Shown here: positions 58,406 through 64,000 of the stretch, piece after piece
How positions within the stretch are numbered: position 1 is the first letter of the stretch
How the letters are laid out: the number at the start of each line of letters is the position of its first letter
Assembly (NCBI GenBank): GCA_020635435.1
Contig: JACJZU010000001.1
Coordinates: 361,450 to 425,449 of the forward strand
Direction: 5' to 3'
DNA: 64,000 bases
Origin: Flavobacteriales bacterium
GTDB taxonomy: Bacteria; Bacteroidota; Bacteroidia; NS11-12g; UBA9320
Made by a program: the position numbers and the translations under genes
Notes under the pieces: model-generated
What the model was told of the DNA's origin: nothing
The model's input: only the letters and a program-made list of their open reading frames with translations
Database searches by the model: none

Positions 58406-59614
58406 ATGAGATGCCAAATTCTGCTTCCGGTTGTGCTTTTCGTCCTTTCCATGGTCAACCCCTTTCACACATGCGCACAACTGCGCAGTGTAATGGTAAA
58501 TGCCTGTGGTACCGAGGGGGAGAATGAATATGTCGTGTTGAAGAATACGGGAAGCCCCTTCAAATTTCAAACCGATCAGATCAGACTCTGGTATGGAACG
58601 AGTTTACCGGCGAATACGCCTGTTTGTGATTCCTTTTGCACGACACCGAATAGCGGTTACATTCAGGCCTTGAACTCCGGTTTGGACAGCTCGTGCAATT
58701 TCAGATTCAAGGCCTTGCAGGCAGGGGACACTATACGATCCGGAATGTATATTCTGATCGTTCATCCTACGCCATCCGATACACCCGATCTGAATTCCTG
58801 GTGTGGCGTGCCCTCCGATAGCGTGGCAGTGCTCTTCGCCTGTGGCAACAAGTGGCGAAGCGGTGGCAATTTCGCCAATTCTCCATCCACCTGGCGCTAC
58901 CTGCGCCTGAAATTCGGAACCGACACAAGCGATTATCGGTATCGTAACGGATGGACAGCGGCCAGGGATGGCAATTTTGTTTCATTTGACAGTTCCGGTA
59001 TGAGTCCGTCGTATGGTTACTATCCTTCTTGCGATGCAAACAGTGCGGATGCCCTTCCCGTGGAACTGATTGAATTCAGCGCATTCAGAGAGCATGGTGC
59101 CGTTAGGCTGAATTGGAAAACTGCATCCGAATCAGACAATCTCGGATTCATCGTGGACCGCAGTCTCGACGGTGGGCAATGGCAACGTTGCGCTTTCATA
59201 GCGGGAGCGGTGCATTCATGGAGCGTGCAGAGCTATTCCTTCACAGACAAAAACGCTATTCCCGTGGGTTGCTACTACCGATTGAGGGATGTTGACGGAA
59301 CTGGTGACACAAATGAGATCGGGTTGGTCCATGTAGCCCCGGAATCCCTGAACCGACTGGATATACATCCAAATCCATTTCACACGGAGCTCTTTATCTG
59401 CGGAACAGACGCCTCCGGCTTTGCAGAAAGGTATGAGGAAGGAGGTCAGCTTTTCATACAGGACATGCGCGGTACGATGCATAGGGCAACACCGGTCCGG
59501 TCCAATGGATGTTCAAAGTGGGAGATCCCTGATCTCCATGCAGGCTTGTATGTAGTTACCTATGTACATCGGAACCGGATCACCCATTGGTTGGCGCAAA
59601 AACACCCCAACTGA
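58406..59614 (+). CDS. T9SS-secreted hypothetical protein (Cys-rich, lamin-tail-like N-terminus)
   Basis: Signal peptide; LPVELIEFSA..LNWKTASE.DN.GF...RS.DG module; IHPNPF..GLYVV CTD. Confidence 0.75.
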   Translation: MRCQILLPVVLFVLSMVNPFHTCAQLRSVMVNACGTEGENEYVVLKNTGSPFKFQTDQIRLWYGTSLPANTPVCDSFCTTPNSGYIQALNSGLDSSCNFRFKALQAGDTIRSGMYILIVHPTPSDTPDLNSWCGVPSDSVAVLFACGNKWRSGGNFANSPSTWRYLRLKFGTDTSDYRYRNGWTAARDGNFVSFDSSGMSPSYGYYPSCDANSADALPVELIEFSAFREHGAVRLNWKTASESDNLGFIVDRSLDGGQWQRCAFIAGAVHSWSVQSYSFTDKNAIPVGCYYRLRDVDGTGDTNEIGLVHVAPESLNRLDIHPNPFHTELFICGTDASGFAERYEEGGQLFIQDMRGTMHRATPVRSNGCSKWEIPDLHAGLYVVTYVHRNRITHWLAQKHPN

Positions 59615-59630
59615 TTATTAGCGGTTCAAC

Positions 59631-59660
59631 TTTGGCGAATAAGTGAATAACGTATCTTTG
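59631..59660 (+). promoter_or_regulatory. Bacteroidota promoter TTTG-N18-TATCTTTG of ald
   Basis: Both elements are present, which also places the true start at the ATG at 59682. Confidence 0.65.
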
Positions 59661-59681
59661 CGCACTTTTAAAAATTTAGAG

Positions 59682-60797
59682 ATGATCATCGGTCTACCCA
59701 AAGAAATTAAGAACAACGAGAACCGGGTTGCTTTAACCCCGGCTGGCGTTTCTGAACTGATTAAGAATGGACATACTGTATACGTCCAAACGAATGCCGG
59801 AGCCGGAAGCGGTTTCCCGGATGAGGAATATCTGGTTGCTGGAGCTCAGATCCTCCCAACGATAGAGGATGTTTACGGCATTGCCGAAATGATCGTAAAA
59901 GTAAAAGAGCCGATCGACGCGGAATATCCGCTGATCCGAAAAGATCAACTCTTATTCACTTACTTCCATTTTGCCAGTCACGAACCTTTGACCAAGGCTA
60001 TGATGGAGAGCGGAGCGGTTTGTTTGGCCTATGAAACTGTTGAGAAGGCAGATCGCTCTCTTCCCTTGCTGATTCCCATGAGCGAAGTTGCCGGACGTAT
60101 GAGTGTGCAGGAAGGTGCGAAATACCTGGAGAAACCGATGGGTGGCCGTGGCGTATTGCTGGGAGGAGTTCCCGGTGTGCGTCCGGCTGAAGTATTGGTC
60201 CTCGGTGGAGGAATAGTTGGAACCCATGCCGCTAAGATGGCCGCCGGATTGGGTGCTCATGTTACCATGATGGACATTTCGCTCCCCCGTTTACGGGAAT
60301 TGGACGATATCATGTCCGATAACGTAGATACGGTTTATTCCAACGAATACAACATACGCGAAGCCATTCAGCACGCCGATCTGGTGATCGGAGCAGTATT
60401 GATACCGGGAGCCAAAGCCCCACACCTGATCACGCGCGACATGCTCTCGCTTATGAAGCCCGGCACAGTGCTGGTAGATGTGGCAGTGGATCAGGGAGGG
60501 TGTTTTGAGACTACACGTCCTACCACGCACCAGGATCCTGTTTACACCATTGATGGAGTTGTGCACTACTCAGTTGCCAATATGCCGGGAGCTGTACCAT
60601 ATACATCCACACTGGCACTCACGAACGCCACCCTTCCCTACGCCATACAATTGGCCAACAAAGGATGGAAACAAGCCTGTATCGATAGCGCAGAACTCCG
60701 ACTTGGCCTGAATGTGATTGAAGGCAAAGTTTGCTACAAAGGAGTTGCCGATGCCTTCAACCTTGACTATCATCCTGTAGAGCAATTCCTGGGGTAA
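59682..60797 (+). CDS. ald: Alanine dehydrogenase
   Basis: GLPKEIKNNENRVALTP, VKVKEP, TYFHFA, MSEVAGRM, GGGIVG, VDVAVDQGGC, VANMPGAVP. Confidence 0.97.
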   Translation: MIIGLPKEIKNNENRVALTPAGVSELIKNGHTVYVQTNAGAGSGFPDEEYLVAGAQILPTIEDVYGIAEMIVKVKEPIDAEYPLIRKDQLLFTYFHFASHEPLTKAMMESGAVCLAYETVEKADRSLPLLIPMSEVAGRMSVQEGAKYLEKPMGGRGVLLGGVPGVRPAEVLVLGGGIVGTHAAKMAAGLGAHVTMMDISLPRLRELDDIMSDNVDTVYSNEYNIREAIQHADLVIGAVLIPGAKAPHLITRDMLSLMKPGTVLVDVAVDQGGCFETTRPTTHQDPVYTIDGVVHYSVANMPGAVPYTSTLALTNATLPYAIQLANKGWKQACIDSAELRLGLNVIEGKVCYKGVADAFNLDYHPVEQFLG

Positions 60798-60798
60798 G

Positions 60799-61596
60799 AT
60801 GGGCGAATTGCAGATCCTTCACCATAAGATCTATGGAGGAAATGCACCCTATTCAACCGGGAAACCGGTTCTCTTCATCTTGCACGGTCTGTTCGGGACC
60901 CTGGATAACTGGCACAATATTGCCAGGCAACTATCAGGCGAATTCACGGTAATATCCGTGGATCAGCGCAATCATGGAAGGTCCTTCCATAGTCCTGATA
61001 TGGATCTGGAATTGATGGCGGATGACCTTAAAATTCTTGCAGACCACCTTGGAATTGCCGAATTCCACTTGCTTGGGCACTCCATGGGCGGGAAAGTGGC
61101 GCTCACCTTTGTACAGCGTCACCCGGGCCTGGTGGAAAAATTGGTGATTGCCGATATCGCTCCCAAAGCCTATGCGTCCGGGCACGACTCAATTTTCGAA
61201 GCTATGCTCAGGCTTCCGATCTCCGAACTCAATTCCCGGCAAGAGGCCGAGGAACATTTGGCCGAAGATATAGCTCAGGAAGGTGTGCGATTGTTTATCC
61301 TGAAGAATATAGAGCGCAGAGATGAGGGCGGATTTCGATGGAAACTGAATCTCGATGCGATCCACCTGAATTATGACAGGATCCTTGTAGCCGTTGAGCC
61401 GGATTGGCCCTATTCCGGTCCGGTTCTGTTCATGCGGGGTGCCTCATCGCATTACATCACCGACGAAGACATGCTCCATATTCCCGATCACTACCCCTAT
61501 GCACAGTTCGTGAGCATTCCGAATGCAGGTCACTGGCTTCATGCGGATAATCCCCCGGCATTTATACATCAACTGGAATATTTTCTGAATCACTAA
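60799..61596 (+). CDS. Alpha/beta hydrolase (YbfF-like esterase)
   Basis: LHGLFGTLDNW, DQRNHGRS, GHSMGGK nucleophile elbow, AGHWLHADNP. Confidence 0.92.
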   Translation: MGELQILHHKIYGGNAPYSTGKPVLFILHGLFGTLDNWHNIARQLSGEFTVISVDQRNHGRSFHSPDMDLELMADDLKILADHLGIAEFHLLGHSMGGKVALTFVQRHPGLVEKLVIADIAPKAYASGHDSIFEAMLRLPISELNSRQEAEEHLAEDIAQEGVRLFILKNIERRDEGGFRWKLNLDAIHLNYDRILVAVEPDWPYSGPVLFMRGASSHYITDEDMLHIPDHYPYAQFVSIPNAGHWLHADNPPAFIHQLEYFLNH

Positions 61597-61620
61597 CATT
61601 GAAACAGAATTTTCTCAACC

Positions 61621-64000
61621 TTGGCTGCTGAACGGTTAAATACTATTCCCATCGCGTTATTGTTCAAGGCGATCTTGCTCACCGCTCTGCTTCTGATCGG
61701 ATTGACACGCTCTTCAGCACAAATTCAACTGAGTGGCCGGGTTGTGGATGGAGAAAGCGGCGAAGCGCTGCCATTTGTGACCATCCTTCTGGTTGGCACC
61801 AACACCGGAACTACTTCCGATTTTGATGGCACCTTCTTTTTGGAAAGTGCTGTACCTGTAGACTCGGTTCGGTTTGAATACGTTGGGTACAAATCGCTCG
61901 TCAAGGCCCTCAAAAAGCAAGCCCGGCAGGAGATGGAAGTGAGTCTGTATCCGGACGCGGGTTTGTTGAGTGAAGCCGTAGTCCGACCGGGTATCAACCC
62001 GGCCATTCGCATCATCGAAGCGGCTCAAAAGAACCGCAAACTGTACAATATCGATAAGCTGGAATATTACGAATACGAATCGTACAACAAGATCCAACTT
62101 GCCGTTGACAATATCTCTGAACGCTTTAAGAAACGGAAGATATTCAGGGAAATGGCTCCATTGTTCGATACCATTGGCGTATTAACGCCCGACAGCACCG
62201 TACCGGTTCTGCCTGTCTTCATTTCCGAATCCATTTCCGATTACTATTATCGAAAACTCCCCCGGCGGACGAGGGAGGTGATCAAAGCTACCCGTGTGAA
62301 CGGTGTTGGAGTTGGCGAAGACAGCTATATTTCCCAGATACTGGGGTCTACTTTCCAGCAATACAACTTCTATGAGAATAACCTGTACATCCTCGACAAG
62401 GATTTCGTCTCACCCATCTCGGCACTGGCACAATCCTACTACGGGTATATGTTGGTCGATAGCATGTACATTGGAAAGGATTGGTGTTATCAGATCATGG
62501 TGTTCCCAAAGAACAAGAGGGATCTGGTTTTTCAGGGCATGATCTGGATCACCGATTCCACATTTGCCCTCAAACGTCTCAATTTGGAGATCACTTCCGA
62601 AGCCAACCTGAATTACATAGAAAAACTAAAAATACAACAGGAACTCAAAGAAGTGGAACCGGGATCCTGGGTTCCCGAGAAACTCCGGGTATTGATCGAT
62701 ATCGCCGAAATAACGGATAACACGATCGGTATGGTCGGATTGTACTACAACTCGAACAGGAATATCCGGATCAACAAAGCTCATGAACTGGAATTCTATG
62801 AAGAAAAGGTTCATGTTGATTCGAAGGCAAACGATTATAACGACATATTTTGGGACAGCTCCCGACACGAGAAGATCACGGCTGCAGACGTAAAGATCTA
62901 CAAATTGGTAGACTCCCTGAAAAACCAGCCTTTGATCAAGACCTATGTAGAGGCTGTTGAGTTGCTCGTGGAAGGGTTTTATCCAATGGGTAAGATCGAA
63001 TTGGGCCCTTACTACTATTTGATCGGCTACAACGGATTGGAGGGATTTCGGATACGCGCGGGATTCCGAACCACCGAACAACTCAGCAAAGACTATGTGC
63101 TGAAGTTGTATGGAGCCTATGGTTTTGGGGACCAGCGCTGGAAATACATCGCTTCATGGGAGCATATACTTTCTCAGCGCATTTGGACCAAAGTTGGTGT
63201 TTTCAGCAAGAGCGATGTGGAATTGATCGGTTTAACGGATCGCGACTATGGAACTACTGCGCTCTATGATGCATTTGCTTTGATCGGAACGGATCGGATC
63301 AACCGATCGGAGGAATACCGAGTTTGGGGAGAACGTGAGATCATGAAGGGCTATACACAGCGCATTTCACTCACAAAACGAGCTATAGAATTCGAACCCC
63401 TGGGGAATTTCAACTTCCATTTTTACAGTGATCCGGCATTGGGCACGGCTTCGCCGATTCGATCTACTTTCAACTTAACAACCCTGGCCCTGGAAGGCCG
63501 GTTGAGCCACAAAGAGCTGCTGATCGTTCGTAAGCATCAAAGGATCAGTTTGGGTAATTTGAAGGCTCCGGTCGTTAAGATCTCCTACCAGAAGGGTTTT
63601 GAGGGATGGCTCGATGGTGATTTCAATTACGACAAGCTCGATCTTCACATTTGGCAGTTCAACTCGCTTGCAAACCTCGGCACATTCGAATACAACATCA
63701 GGGTGGGTAAGACCTGGGGGACCATTCCATACCCTGTTCTGGAAGTGATGCGCGGGAATGAAGGCCTATTCGCCACCAAGGCCACCTATAACCTCATGAA
63801 TTTCTATGAGTTCGTAGCGGATCAATACCTGGCTCTTGCATACGAGCATCAGTTCAATGGATTGATCATGAACCGAATCCCACTGATGCGCCGGTTGAAA
63901 TGGCGATTGTGGGTGAGCGGTAAAGCCGTTTGGGGTAGCATGTCGGAAGCCAATTACAACCTCATACCGGCTTATGACGATGAAGGACTCTCCGTGACCC
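61621..64000 (+). CDS. DUF5686 plus carboxypeptidase-like regulatory domain outer-membrane protein (truncated by window edge)
   Basis: Not in the ORF track. From TTG at 61621 it reads MAAERLNTIPIALLFKAILL..LSGRVVDGESGEALPFVTI; in-frame YEYESYNKIQL at about 62070; frame spot-checked as still open at the last line (LIPAYDDEGLSVT). Confidence 0.85.
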   Translation, partial: MAAERLNTIPIALLFKAILLTALLLIGLTRSSAQIQLSGRVVDGESGEALPFVTILLVGTNTGTTSDFDGTFFLESAVPVDSVRFEYVGYKSLVKALKKQARQEMEVSLYPDAGLLSEAVVRPGINPAIRIIEAAQKNRKLYNIDKLEYYEYESYNKIQLAVDNISERFKKRKIFREMAPLFDTIGVLTPDSTVPVLPVFISESISDYYYRKLPRRTREVIKATRVNGVGVGEDSYISQILGSTFQQYNFYENNLYILDKDFVSPISALAQSYYGYMLVDSMYIGKDWCYQIMVFPKNKRDLVFQGMIWITDSTFALKRLNLEITSEANLNYIEKLKIQQELKEVEPGSWVPEKLRVLIDIAEITDNTIGMVGLYYNSNRNIRINKAHELEFYEEKVHVDSKANDYNDIFWDSSRHEKITAADVKIYKLVDSLKNQPLIKTYVEAVELLVEGFYPMGKIELGPYYYLIGYNGLEGFRIRAGFRTTEQLSKDYVLKLYGAYGFGDQRWKYIASWEHILSQRIWTKVGVFSKSDVELIGLTDRDYGTTALYDAFALIGTDRINRSEEYRVWGEREIMKGYTQRISLTKRAIEFEPLGNFNFHFYSDPALGTASPIRSTFNLTTLALEGRLSHKELLIVRKHQRISLGNLKAPVVKISYQKGFEGWLDGDFNYDKLDLHIWQFNSLANLGTFEYNIRVGKTWGTIPYPVLEVMRGNEGLFATKATYNLMNFYEFVADQYLALAYEHQFNGLIMNRIPLMRRLKWRLWVSGKAVWGSMSEANYNLIPAYDDEGLSVT

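Noticed and set aside
1-64000. Many short antisense or overlapping ORFs in the track (e.g. 4132-4719, 7739-8563, 55962-56708, 62626-63081)
   Set aside because: They lie within well-supported genes on another frame or strand and show no recognisable motifs.
1-64000. CRISPR arrays, tRNA/rRNA, IS elements, reverse transcriptase, prophage or defence genes
   Set aside because: No regularly spaced repeats, RNA gene signatures or relevant protein motifs were seen by eye.

Overview
Chromosomal window from a Bacteroidota bacterium (T9SS type-A C-terminal domains, PorV-family gene, TAnnTTTG promoters). I saw no rRNA, tRNA, CRISPR array, transposase or phage genes. The left third (about 1.4-21.4 kb) is a divergent beta-glucan (laminarin-type) utilisation locus. 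It encodes a GH149-like phosphorylase, GH30, two GH16s, a clan GH-A (GH158/GH2-like) enzyme, MFS and SSS sugar transporters, a tandem-CBM T9SS protein and a NUDIX/NrtR-type regulator with a 21-bp palindromic operator present in two near-identical copies. The locus has no SusC/SusD pair. In its place are two co-transcribed, apparently paralogous, plug-less outer-membrane barrel proteins and two glycan-binding-like lipoproteins, which is the best candidate for an undescribed system. The rest is mostly housekeeping and secreted-protein genes. Oddities there include a MutA-MutB fused methylmalonyl-CoA mutase, an iodotyrosine-deiodinase homologue, a T9SS protein that is almost only a CTD, two apparent single-base frameshifts, two SprB-repeat proteins with a shared tail and different heads, and a DUF5686 gene running off the right edge. 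All family calls come from motif recognition by eye; no database searches were run.
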